From assembly GCA_943788915.1 (NCBI GenBank), contig CALSSD010000008.1:1-64000 (forward strand): 64,000 nucleotides of DNA. Reading direction: 5' to 3'. Positions within the stretch are counted from its first letter, which is position 1. Each line of letters starts with the position of its first letter. Positions 21,847 to 30,907 of the stretch are shown here, in pieces. Below the pieces are notes generated by a model that searched no databases, had not been told where the DNA came from, and saw only the letters and a program-made list of their open reading frames with translations. The position numbers and the translations under genes were made by a program. The DNA comes from an uncultured Acidimicrobiales bacterium. Its GTDB lineage: Bacteria > Actinomycetota > Acidimicrobiia > Acidimicrobiales > UBA10347.

Positions 21847-23139
21847 TCAGCTGAGGCCAGCAACCGGATGGGTTGGTTGGCGATCGTGGACACTCGCCAA
21901 GAATGCGGTTGCGTCCTCAAGGCGGTCGTTGTTGACGTACGCCGCGAGCAACGTGTTCGTGACCATGTCGCGTTGGGCCCGACTCCCTCCGATGCGGACC
22001 ACCTGATCCATGAGCGGTTCGAGCAGTTCGATTGTGTTGGACCATTGTTCCGCTTCGAACGCCTGGTAAGCCCGAGCGAGTAACGCACCGGTTGTCTCGG
22101 CGGGGAGTTTGCCGGCCTCGCCGAGCTCCTGTAGCTGCACGATCGAGGCAGTGAGTTGTTCGGTCTCGCCCAGGGCTGCATAGACCATGCCGACGTGGGC
22201 ATCGACGAACACAATGGGCCTCCCAAATTGCGCCTCGTAATAATCGCGTACCGTTTCCCAGGCGTTGCTGTCGCGTTCGTTTCCGGCCAGTTCGGAACGC
22301 CAGAGAAACGACGCCGAGTCGGTGAACACATTGATCGACGGGCTGTCGGAGTGGCCGGGAAGGCAGTTCTCTTCGAAGGCCTTCCACGCGGCGTCGTTAC
22401 TTCCCCTTGCCATAAGCAAGATGGCGTAGTGCCACCAGATGTGGCAGTGCAACAGGCTGTCGCGGTCGAAGTCAGGGAGCCAATCAGTCAAGAAAGTGGT
22501 GGCAGCATCGTCGTCGCCCGCCTCGTACAAGGCATGGGCCAAGGTGTGTGCGCCGTGGGGGTTGTTCGGCCGTTGTTCGAGCGCCTGTTCGGCCAGCTTG
22601 CGGCCGCGATCCCAGTGTCCGGTTTCGAGCAGGGCAAACGCGTAGGCCGTGGCGAACCACCAGTCGTCGCCGTAGTGGGTGGCGAGTGGCTCGAGCAGTT
22701 CGAGTTGTTCGGCCTCACGACCGACTCGTCCGCTGAATCCAATGGTGCCGAAGACACCGGTTGATGGCGCCAAGGCCAAGGCGTCACGTGGGTAGTCCTG
22801 AAGATGCTCCCGGGTCAGTGCCAGCCCTGCCGGAACCTGGCCGGTGATAAGGAGTTTGACGATGGCAACATGTTGTTGTTCTCTGGCGGTGGTTTGCTCT
22901 GCCAGTTGAGCTGCAGTCTCGATCACGGTGCGAGCCATCTTGCCTCGACCGTTGACGTGGTGATCGCGGGCCAGTGCTGCATGGGCAAGTGCGAAGTTGG
23001 GGTCTGCCTCGATGGCGTCGCCTAAGCGCTCTGCGACGCGACCATCAGCAGCCAGCATGCGATCGGCAGCGTCGGCGTAGGCGTCGAACGCCTCGACGGA
23101 CGAGGTGCTCACCTCGAGGCCATAACGATCCTTGAACAT
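21847..23139 (-). CDS. TTC38-like tetratricopeptide repeat protein
   Basis: ADPNFALAH, HGAHTLAH, HCHIWWH, RIGGSRAQRD. Confidence 0.8.
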   Translation of the reverse strand: MFKDRYGLEVSTSSVEAFDAYADAADRMLAADGRVAERLGDAIEADPNFALAHAALARDHHVNGRGKMARTVIETAAQLAEQTTAREQQHVAIVKLLITGQVPAGLALTREHLQDYPRDALALAPSTGVFGTIGFSGRVGREAEQLELLEPLATHYGDDWWFATAYAFALLETGHWDRGRKLAEQALEQRPNNPHGAHTLAHALYEAGDDDAATTFLTDWLPDFDRDSLLHCHIWWHYAILLMARGSNDAAWKAFEENCLPGHSDSPSINVFTDSASFLWRSELAGNERDSNAWETVRDYYEAQFGRPIVFVDAHVGMVYAALGETEQLTASIVQLQELGEAGKLPAETTGALLARAYQAFEAEQWSNTIELLEPLMDQVVRIGGSRAQRDMVTNTLLAAYVNNDRLEDATAFLASVHDRQPTHPVAGLS

Positions 23140-23264
23140 GTTCGCTCCTCATCATTGACGGTTCGCTCGGCTCCGAGCCGCTCTCCTATCCATCTCACAC
23201 CACTGACGAACACTTCTCCAAGAGTCGCGTATGTCACCGTGCTCGGGACCGAGTCAGGATTCGT

Positions 23265-23861
23265 CTAGCTCAAATGGAGCTCTAGATAGGGCACGAGAAG
23301 TTTGCCGATCTCGTCGAGATGATCTTGGCGTGCCTTGCCTTTGGCGGGCGCTCGTTCCAGTAGCGCACGGGTTACTTCGCTGACGGTGAGTGCGATTCGG
23401 CGGCGTGCGGCCAGGTCGACCGTGCGCGGCGACATCATCGTGAACCACCGAGCCAGCATCTCGATCTGGATCTCACGCAGCTGGTGGTCTCGCAGATGCC
23501 GCATCACTTCGAAGTACCCGGGTCGCTTTTTTGCGAGATCGGCAATGCCGTCGACAACCATGGCCAGCGATTCGGCGATGGCCTCGGTTCCCTTCTCCGC
23601 AATCAGCATCTCGACTGCGACCACGGTGTCGGCCAGCAGCTCTGCAAACGAGTCAGCAAGCGCCACGGCGATGGCCGTCTTGTCATCGAAGAATCGGTAC
23701 AGCGCACCGATGGAAAGGCCTGCTTCCTTCGCGATCATCGTTGTCGTCGCGCTGCCCACGCCGTGTTCATGGAACACCGTGTCGGCGGCATCGAGTATCG
23801 ACTGCACCGTCTGTTCCGAGCGAGCCTGACGCGGCGTTGCCCGTTTTCCGGAGTCGGTCAC
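23265..23861 (-). CDS. TetR/AcrR family transcriptional regulator
   Basis: PRQARS..ILDAA..ATTTMIAKEAGLSIGALYRFFDDK helix-turn-helix. Confidence 0.92.
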   Translation of the reverse strand: MTDSGKRATPRQARSEQTVQSILDAADTVFHEHGVGSATTTMIAKEAGLSIGALYRFFDDKTAIAVALADSFAELLADTVVAVEMLIAEKGTEAIAESLAMVVDGIADLAKKRPGYFEVMRHLRDHQLREIQIEMLARWFTMMSPRTVDLAARRRIALTVSEVTRALLERAPAKGKARQDHLDEIGKLLVPYLELHLS

Positions 23862-23916
23862 GTTCTCGACCGAACGCAGAGATGCATGGCTTCATGTTAG
23901 TCGAGGCCTGAACGCT

Positions 23917-23977
23917 ACGTGAATAAACCTTCGCGTTTTACCTTGACAGCCTTAAAGACACGAAGTATCGTTCACGT
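23917..23977 (+). promoter_or_regulatory. SigA-type promoter with two imperfect palindromic operators (probable TetR sites)
   Basis: TTGACA (23943-23948), 17-nt spacer, TATCGT (23966-23971). Operators ACGTGAA-N6-TTCGCGT (23917-23936) and ACACGAA-N6-TTCACGT (23958-23977). Confidence 0.7.
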
Positions 23978-24060
23978 TTGTACAAAGCAATGCGCACTTC
24001 TTCGGCGGCGGATCCGTTGCCAGGTGGCGCCACCTGATGGGTGGCGTGGCAACGAAATCA

Positions 24061-24105
24061 GCCGCCCTCGGCACCGGATGAGCCGAACCCGGTGCCGAGG
24101 GTGGC
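24061..24105. terminator. 17-bp GC-rich hairpin (terminator/attenuator or REP-like)
   Basis: gccgccctcggcaccgg-N11-ccggtgccgagggtggc, with one G-U pair. Confidence 0.5.
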
Positions 24106-24213
24106 GACTATCACCTACGTCATCGACTAACCGGACAGGCACACGACACACGTCCCGTGTGGTATCTCGGGTGTGGTTTGCGTCGAGAGTGCTGACAACG
24201 CTAGACCCGGATC

Positions 24214-25251
24214 ATGCGTGCAGGCAGTATCACCGGTCCCCGACAGTTCGAGATCATCGATGTGCCCGAGCCGGCACCAAGCGATACTGGTGCCGTAGTC
24301 CAGATCGCGTTGTGCGGGATCTGCGGCAGCGACGTGCACGCGTATGTCGAAGGTTGGGACTATCCGTCAAACCTGTGTGGTCATGAATGGCTCGGCACGG
24401 TCGTGGCTATTGGTAACCAGGTGAACAACGTGGCCGAGGGTGACGTGGTCATGGGCGGCATCACTCCCGGTTGCGGCGCCTGTTCGTATTGTGTGGCCGG
24501 CCATCCTCAGTACTGCCGTCCGGCGGCACGTGACTACAACGGCATGGGCCCCGACCCGTCGCCATCAGGGGGATTCGCTCCCCTGATCGGACTCGATGCC
24601 ACCCGACTTGCCGTGATGCCAGAAGGTATTACTGCGGTGCAAGGCGCGCTCGTCGAGCCAACATCGGTCGCTTTCCATGCGGTGCGCCAGAGTCGGCAAC
24701 GGCCTGGTGATGTTGTCGTTGTGGTCGGCGCTGGACCGATCGGCCAACTCACGGCGCAGTGCGCCAAACTTGCCGGTGCTGGACTGGTGATCGTGGTGGA
24801 ACCCGATCCGCAACGGCGGGCAATGGCGACCGATTTCGGTGCCGACCTGGTGTTCGAGCCTGGCCCTGATCTCCGCCGGCAGGTGCGGGCGCTGACGAAT
24901 GGTATGGGCGCCGATGTCGCCTACGACGCCGCTGGCGTGCCGCAAACGCTCGAAGCGTCGATCGATCTTGTTCGGCGTGGCGGTTCGGTCTGCCTGGTCG
25001 GCGTGACCAGTGCACCGGCCGAGGTGCGCACAAACCGGTGGCTGACCAAAGAACTCACTATCACTACGTCGATCGTGTTCACGATCGCCGAGGCCACTCG
25101 GGTCGCCCGCCTGATCGTGGACGGTCGACTTCAGGTCGAAGCATTACACCAGGGCACCGTGTCGCTCGACGAACTTCCGTCGACGATCGAGAAGTACGCC
25201 ACTCGCGATCTCACCGCACTAAAGATCATGGTTGACCCCACCGGCGGCTGA
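24214..25251 (+). CDS. Zinc-dependent medium-chain alcohol dehydrogenase
   Basis: GICGSDVH, GHE, CGACSYC..C structural Zn site, GAGPIG. Confidence 0.92.
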   Translation: MRAGSITGPRQFEIIDVPEPAPSDTGAVVQIALCGICGSDVHAYVEGWDYPSNLCGHEWLGTVVAIGNQVNNVAEGDVVMGGITPGCGACSYCVAGHPQYCRPAARDYNGMGPDPSPSGGFAPLIGLDATRLAVMPEGITAVQGALVEPTSVAFHAVRQSRQRPGDVVVVVGAGPIGQLTAQCAKLAGAGLVIVVEPDPQRRAMATDFGADLVFEPGPDLRRQVRALTNGMGADVAYDAAGVPQTLEASIDLVRRGGSVCLVGVTSAPAEVRTNRWLTKELTITTSIVFTIAEATRVARLIVDGRLQVEALHQGTVSLDELPSTIEKYATRDLTALKIMVDPTGG

Positions 25252-25479
25252 CTGTCGGCGCCAACCTGTTCCACGAGCGGCCGCAACGCTGCCAAAGCTT
25301 CGTCGTTCAGACGCACGGAGCTCGCTTTTGGCATGACATCGGCTGTATGACGAAACGTCCCACAGTCACTCAAGGTGCTCTGGGCGCTTTGGGTCCCCCG
25401 CAATCCCATTCATTGCAGGCTGGCCGGACTTCGACGGTGTAGCGTCGGCCGTCACGACCGCCGACGAAAGCAAACATCT

Positions 25480-25977
25480 ATGAGCGACACCTCACAAGGG
25501 CCGGGCTGGTGGATGGCGTCGGACAACAAGTGGTACCCACCTGAATTAGCACCACAAGCACAACCGCAGGCACAACCGCTGCCGGCCTACCCGTACGCCG
25601 CCGGACACCCACCAGCAGCTCAGGTACAACAGCACCCCGTGACTGTCAGCCCATGGGGTCGCCTTGGGGCTTATGTCCTCGAGGCCGTGCTCGTCACGGT
25701 GACGCTGGGCATCGGTTGGCTGATTTGGGCCGCGATCATCGCTAGTCAAGGCCAGACACCTGCCAAGCGCATCCTTGGCCACCGTGTGGTCATGCAAGAC
25801 ACAGGACAAACCGCTGGCTTCGCAAGAATGTTCTGGGTCCGAGGCCTCCTCGCTGGTCTCGTGGCGTCAGTGGCGATTCCTATCACCCTGGGCATCTTGT
25901 TGTTCATGCCCTTTTGGGACAAGAACAATGAGAACATCTGGGACAAGGTAAGCGGCACACGGGTCGTACCTAGCTAG
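25480..25977 (+). CDS. RDD family membrane protein
   Basis: GWWMASDNKWYPP N-terminus, WGRLGAY, GQTPAKR, IWDKVSGTRVV. Confidence 0.85.
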   Translation: MSDTSQGPGWWMASDNKWYPPELAPQAQPQAQPLPAYPYAAGHPPAAQVQQHPVTVSPWGRLGAYVLEAVLVTVTLGIGWLIWAAIIASQGQTPAKRILGHRVVMQDTGQTAGFARMFWVRGLLAGLVASVAIPITLGILLFMPFWDKNNENIWDKVSGTRVVPS

Positions 25978-25982
25978 ACCCG

Positions 25983-26290
25983 TTACGACAGCCTGGTTCG
26001 CAGGGTGTCGACACCTTCACCATCGAGGGAGTCGGCGGTCTCAAGCGACGGCAGCCAACGTTCGATCGGCACGCCGAGATCGACCCCGAGCGGTCGACTC
26101 ATGTCTTGCCCATGAATGGTGACATCGCACCACGCAGTCCCATGACCGGCCCCACCAGCATGTGCGCAGCGACCCCTTTTACCGTCCACTCGCCACAAGA
26201 CGACGACGTGTCCCACTGCTCGCCAGTAAGCCCTTCGAGGAAGTCAGCGAATCGATGGCGCTCTTCAGCGATGGCACCGCCAGGTAGGAC
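25983..26290 (-). pseudogene. Collapsed mycothiol-dependent maleylpyruvate isomerase-family gene
   Basis: AIAEERHRFADFLEGLTGEQWDTSSSCGEWTVKGVAAHM is joined directly, in another frame, to DVTIHGQDMSRPLG and then to a C-terminal LDGEGVDTLRTRL. Confidence 0.7.
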
Positions 26291-26401
26291 TTGATCGACC
26301 GGATCTCAGCCCGAGTGTCCGGCACCGCCTGTTTGCAGCACGCGCCGCAGCGGCAGTACATGAGACGTCGTACTGGTCAGTCTCCACCCTTCCCCTTTGT
26401 G

Positions 26402-27772
26402 TCATCGCCACAGGCGGTCGAACACGTCGAGAAAGAGCTGGGTGGTGAGCCGAAGCGAGTCGACGTCGATGCGCTCGTCATTGCCGTGGAACCGACTCAG
26501 GAACTCGCTGAGCGGGACCTTGTCGCTGAGCAGGCCGGCGCCGTAGGCGGGGATGCCGCGCTCGCGGTAGAAGCGACAGTCGGTGCCGCCGGTGACCAGG
26601 CTGGGCATGACGGTCGCTTCGGGATAGGCGATGCGGATGGCGTCGCCGAGTGCGTCCCACAGCGGTGACTCGGTCGAGGAGACGCCGAACCCGTTGGTCA
26701 GGTCATCGCGGTACCACTCGATCTCGACCGACGGCATCAGGTCGGCTCCGATGATCTCGGGAAGCAGCTGGTCGATATCTTGCTGGGTCTGGCCGGGGAG
26801 CATGCGGATGTCGAGTTCGAGCACGGCGGTGTCAGGAACGGTGTTGAGTTTCTCGCCGCTTTGGATCTTGTTGGGGTTGATCGTCATGTGGCTGCATGAG
26901 TGCAGGTTGCTGGCCAACGCGGGCGGAAGCGCCGCCAATGCATCGTTGATGTGGGCCGGGTCGAGCAGCTGTTTCTGGATGTCGGGGTCGAGTCCAAGGG
27001 CACCGACGCGGGCGGCGAACACCTCGTCGAGTCGGGGCGCAAGTTCAGCCGTAGCAATCCGGCGCACGATCTCGGATGCCTTGATGAGTGCGTTGTCAGT
27101 TGCGTAGGACATCGAGCCGTGGCTGGGCGTGCCCCGCACCGTGATGCGGCGGGCACCGGAGTGTTTCTCGCCGGTGGTCAGCAACACGGTCGTGCCGTCG
27201 TCGCCGAATGATGGGGTGCCGCCGTATTCGCTGATCACGTAGTCGCAGTGCAGGATGTCCCAGTGATCCTGCAGGAGCTGTTTGGCACCGAGCACACTCC
27301 CGGCCTCTTCGTCGGCCACCGCGAAGTAGACGATGTCGCCGGGATACCGCTTGCCGGTTCGAACGACCTCGCGGAACGCAACCAGCATCGACGAGGTCAG
27401 GTTCAACATGTCGACCGCACCACGACCCCACACCTCGTCGACGCCGTCGGCAGATGTGATCAGCTCGCCTCCGAACGGGTCGTTGGTCCAGCCGTCGGGG
27501 TTGGCGGGCACGACATCGGTATGGGCACACAGGCACAGGTCGGGGGCGTCGGGGTCGGTGCCCTCGTAGCGGGCGACGAGCGAGACTCGGCCGGGTTCGG
27601 TCTCGAACAGCTCAAAGTCCACGCCGTAGCCCTCGAGTTCGTTGCGGAGCAGTTCGGCGCTGCGGACCTCGTGGCCCGATTCGGGCGTGCCGTCGTTGAC
27701 GCACTGGTTTCGGATCAGCGCCTGCAACAGCTCGACGGTCTCACCGGTGAGGATGTCGATCGATGTACTCAT
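26402..27772 (-). CDS. M20/M25/M40 metallopeptidase/deacylase
   Basis: AHTDVVP, WGRGAVDM, ADEEAG, GGTD, FHGNDER. Confidence 0.92.
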   Translation of the reverse strand: MSTSIDILTGETVELLQALIRNQCVNDGTPESGHEVRSAELLRNELEGYGVDFELFETEPGRVSLVARYEGTDPDAPDLCLCAHTDVVPANPDGWTNDPFGGELITSADGVDEVWGRGAVDMLNLTSSMLVAFREVVRTGKRYPGDIVYFAVADEEAGSVLGAKQLLQDHWDILHCDYVISEYGGTPSFGDDGTTVLLTTGEKHSGARRITVRGTPSHGSMSYATDNALIKASEIVRRIATAELAPRLDEVFAARVGALGLDPDIQKQLLDPAHINDALAALPPALASNLHSCSHMTINPNKIQSGEKLNTVPDTAVLELDIRMLPGQTQQDIDQLLPEIIGADLMPSVEIEWYRDDLTNGFGVSSTESPLWDALGDAIRIAYPEATVMPSLVTGGTDCRFYRERGIPAYGAGLLSDKVPLSEFLSRFHGNDERIDVDSLRLTTQLFLDVFDRLWR

Positions 27773-27889
27773 GTCAGCTCCTGGGTTGCGCGCCTACCCC
27801 TCGACCTTAGAGCCCCACGCAGACCAGAGCCCTGCGAAGGCGATGGCCGAGGTTTCCGTCAGCCTGAGCTTCTGGGCGTGTGACCTCGG

Positions 27890-28230
27890 TCAGTCGCCCA
27901 CTCCGTTGAGGGTGTCGACCACGGCCATGACAAAGACCCGTCTACCTGACTCGATCATCTGACCTAGCGTCGGGAACGGCGCGTCGAGTGCGCCGATCTC
28001 ACAGAAGCCGTGACACAGGTAGACGGCTTTCTCCCCCAGATCGGCGCCTTGGCGAGCCTGCACGGCTTCGGCCGCGCCGCGTGCAGCTCCATCGAGACTG
28101 CCGATATCGACCAGCTCGAGTGAAGTCCGAACCGTGCCGTTACTAGCCGGTTGCCCGTACACGGTGCCGATCATGAATCCACGCACCCCATGGTCGAGCT
28201 CACGCTCGCATGGTGCCGGACGTACCAAGG
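27890..28230 (-). pseudogene. Relic of a PI-PLC X-like phosphodiesterase gene with internal deletions
   Basis: Abutting blocks ELDHGVRGFMI, VYLCHGFCEIGA, FPTLGQMIESGRRVFVM, VVDTLNG that are normally far apart in this family. Confidence 0.5.
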
Positions 28231-28361
28231 TGACGAAAGACACCTGGGACGCAAGGATTGACCGCATCGTATCCACTGTGAGCGTGCACCCACTGGAGTA
28301 GGGAGTTCGACGAGATCGGTCAACTTTGGGGCGCGGCAGCGGAACTTGGCCCGGGGTCGCG

Positions 28362-29699
28362 TCATGCGATCTCGGTGCCGTTGGGTCGTTGAACGTGGAT
28401 CTGGCCGTTGTTGTCGCGCCAGACCTTGTAGCCCTTTTGTTTCCACCTGTTGTGCCTGCCGCATCCCGGCGCCCCGTTTCCGGGGTTGGTTCTTCCGCCT
28501 TTGGCGTGGTCGTGCAGATGGTCGGTCTCGCATCTTGATGCGGGGACCCAGCAGCCGGGCCAGAAACATTCTCGGCCCGCGATTCGTACGGCATCGCGTG
28601 CGAGCCCGGTGAACAATCGGGCGGTGCCCATGTCGATCACGACACCTTTGGCATCGATGACAACTCGGCGAATCTTGTTCTGTATCGCGTTGGCGAACGC
28701 TTCGGTCGGATCGAGTGACACGCCGTCTGGCGTTTCGCATCGGAACGTGTCGGGATCGAATGGTGCTGGGGTGCCGCCGGCGCACCTGCGAACCATTTCT
28801 TCCCACGCGTCGGCAGACCACACGATGTTGTGCACGAACCGACTCGGCGCCATGCCGGCCTGGTTCGCGGCTGCATCAGCAAAGATCTGTCGCAGGGCGT
28901 CGGCGCGTCGTTGCGCGTCGGTGCGTGACAAGTCAGACGTGCAGGCGGCGTCGCCGAGTCGAGCGCGGGCCTCGGCCCAGTCGGCATCAAAGAGCGCTTG
29001 CACATACGCGTTGAGCAGTTCACTCATGGCGGCACCATTTTCGGCACCGAAGATGCCCTTGAGGTCCCAGGACTGATCGAAGTGGTTCTGCACCAGTTGG
29101 GCGTTGCGGTTCTCGAAGGTGCGGTCACGTTCGGGTTCAGCGCCGTCTTCGTCGGCCAGGCGCTGCCACTCGAGCACCCGGCTACGGAACCGGGGAAACG
29201 ACAACCGGCGGGCATCTTTGATGAACCGCTTCTGGCGGCGTTTCATTGCGTCTTGGACACGAGGGTTGGCCCACACTCGAGCAAGCAACATCACCTGGTC
29301 GGTTCCCAACCGGCCGGCTCGATACTCGGTGGCGATCAGTTCGAGGTGGACGAACATGCGTCGGCACCGGTCACGACCAGCCGCTTCGGCGCCAGACAGT
29401 TTGACGACATGACGGGCCATGACCTTGGCCGATGTGTGCCCATCGTCGTAGTGCAACCCGGCTCGGTCGATAGCCCCCATCAGGTCGATGCTGAGTGCTT
29501 TGGATTGACGTTCGATCGCTTCGAGTTCCTGGAGCCATGCCGCCGCCTGGACACTGTCAGCCGGCGCCAAACCACGCTCGCTCAGCCGAGTCAGATCGGC
29601 TCGGATACCAGCCAGCGTTGTGTTCTCGTCGACGTAGTTCTGTGACGGCGTGGAGTGGGACGGTGTGGAGTGAGACGGTGTGGAGACAGCAAGAGCCAT
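28362..29699 (-). CDS. DUF222-HNH endonuclease (13E12 repeat-like), copy 1
   Basis: RTDAQRRADAL, DMGTARLFT, CFWPGC..CETDH..GGRT..N..CGRHNRWK. Confidence 0.88.
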   Translation of the reverse strand: MALAVSTPSHSTPSHSTPSQNYVDENTTLAGIRADLTRLSERGLAPADSVQAAAWLQELEAIERQSKALSIDLMGAIDRAGLHYDDGHTSAKVMARHVVKLSGAEAAGRDRCRRMFVHLELIATEYRAGRLGTDQVMLLARVWANPRVQDAMKRRQKRFIKDARRLSFPRFRSRVLEWQRLADEDGAEPERDRTFENRNAQLVQNHFDQSWDLKGIFGAENGAAMSELLNAYVQALFDADWAEARARLGDAACTSDLSRTDAQRRADALRQIFADAAANQAGMAPSRFVHNIVWSADAWEEMVRRCAGGTPAPFDPDTFRCETPDGVSLDPTEAFANAIQNKIRRVVIDAKGVVIDMGTARLFTGLARDAVRIAGRECFWPGCWVPASRCETDHLHDHAKGGRTNPGNGAPGCGRHNRWKQKGYKVWRDNNGQIHVQRPNGTEIA

Positions 29700-29814
29700 G
29701 AGTCGGTCCAGTTTCTGCAACTGCTGGGCTCGTTATGGCCCAGATCGAATCCACGGAGGCACCTGATGTTGCACGAAATATCGCCACGTTTCCAACGTCG
29801 TGCGAGGAAGTTCC

Positions 29815-29837
29815 AGTATCTCACAGGGGTGTGACAA
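29815..29837 (-). promoter_or_regulatory. PafBC/RecA-NDp-like promoter of DUF222-HNH copy 1
   Basis: TTGTCA-CACCCCTGTGA-GATACT; the 11-nt spacer matches the geometry of TTGTCRGTG-N8-TANNNT. Confidence 0.6.
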
Positions 29838-30101
29838 CGCCGGACTGGCGAAACTCCGACGATTTCGACAGGCAGCGGGACGCTCCCTCTCATCGGCAGC
29901 GACGACGAGGTGAGCGGGTTCGGCGTCGAATGGCCCGGACTCCGATCACTCGGCGTATGGAAGGCCCCCGCCGGCACCGAAGCGTTGGCAGGCAAAACCA
30001 AACCCGATGCCCGGGGCTTCGGTACGTGGGGAACAACGGGGACCACATGACCGTCGCGTATTGCTCAATGCCAATCTCAGACCACCTGCGAGCCGGAGGT
30101 A

Positions 30102-30506
30102 CTAGGTGAACGTGGGAGGCAGCTGGAATGAACAGGTTGTTCCCGGGGCCTTCGACAGTTTGACATCAAGTGTCGCCAATGGAACTCGCAGCACTTCCGC
30201 AAGCGCCACATAGCTTGCGTCGTAGGACGTCAGGTTGTCGCGCAATTCCCAGACGCGGCCGGCCAGCATCTCGTACTCCACGAGTTCGAGTCTCATGAGC
30301 AGCAGATCGCGGTGGGCCAGCGCGGCGACGTCGCTGGATAGGTGGCCGGCAGCACTCAGCCGGCGAAGAACGTTGGTCACCTCGAACGGCAGTAACCCAG
30401 GCGCAACGAGGTGCTGACCGCGCAGAACATCTTCGGCCCAGGTCCCAAGCTGGGTGTTGTCGATCAGGGCGGCCACGACAACGGATGCGTCGACAACAAG
30501 CGTCAC
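30102..30506 (-). CDS. vapC: VapC PIN-domain toxin
   Basis: VVDASVV, FEVTNVLRR, NLTSYDASYVALAE, TLDVKL. Confidence 0.9.
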   Translation of the reverse strand: MTLVVDASVVVAALIDNTQLGTWAEDVLRGQHLVAPGLLPFEVTNVLRRLSAAGHLSSDVAALAHRDLLLMRLELVEYEMLAGRVWELRDNLTSYDASYVALAEVLRVPLATLDVKLSKAPGTTCSFQLPPTFT

Positions 30507-30736
30507 CGACGATCCGCGTCTCGGTTGTCGAGAATCGCCTGGGCGGAGATCGATGTGCCGGTCGCTGCCTTGCGGCTACGCACCGCCTGCAACAGCTGAT
30601 CAAGATCTGGTTTCGCAGCCATGGACTCCAACGCTGCAGACAGATACTCCTGCAGTGACTGACCGCGGAACGCCGCTCGTGCTGCAAGCTCGTCGCGGGT
30701 GACCTGGGAAATGTTGCGCACTGTGATCGCCGGCAT
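30503..30736 (-). CDS. FitA/VapB-like ribbon-helix-helix antitoxin
   Basis: MPAITVRNI..RDELAARAA..GQSLQEYL; GTGA overlap with the toxin; leaderless TATTAT-N6-ATG. Confidence 0.85.
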   Translation of the reverse strand: MPAITVRNISQVTRDELAARAAFRGQSLQEYLSAALESMAAKPDLDQLLQAVRSRKAATGTSISAQAILDNRDADRR

Positions 30737-30907
30737 GCATGCATAATAGCTGCATTCAATGCATTGTGCAGTTCCTTGACGACGGTGTGGATTGATGTGG
30801 GCAACGAGGTGCACTATCCCCGCCGCAGAGAGCCGGTTGCTCAGCCTCAAATGGTGGGGCCGCGTTGCTGGCGCTCGATCCTGCTGCCCAGCGGATGCGA
30901 GGTGTAA

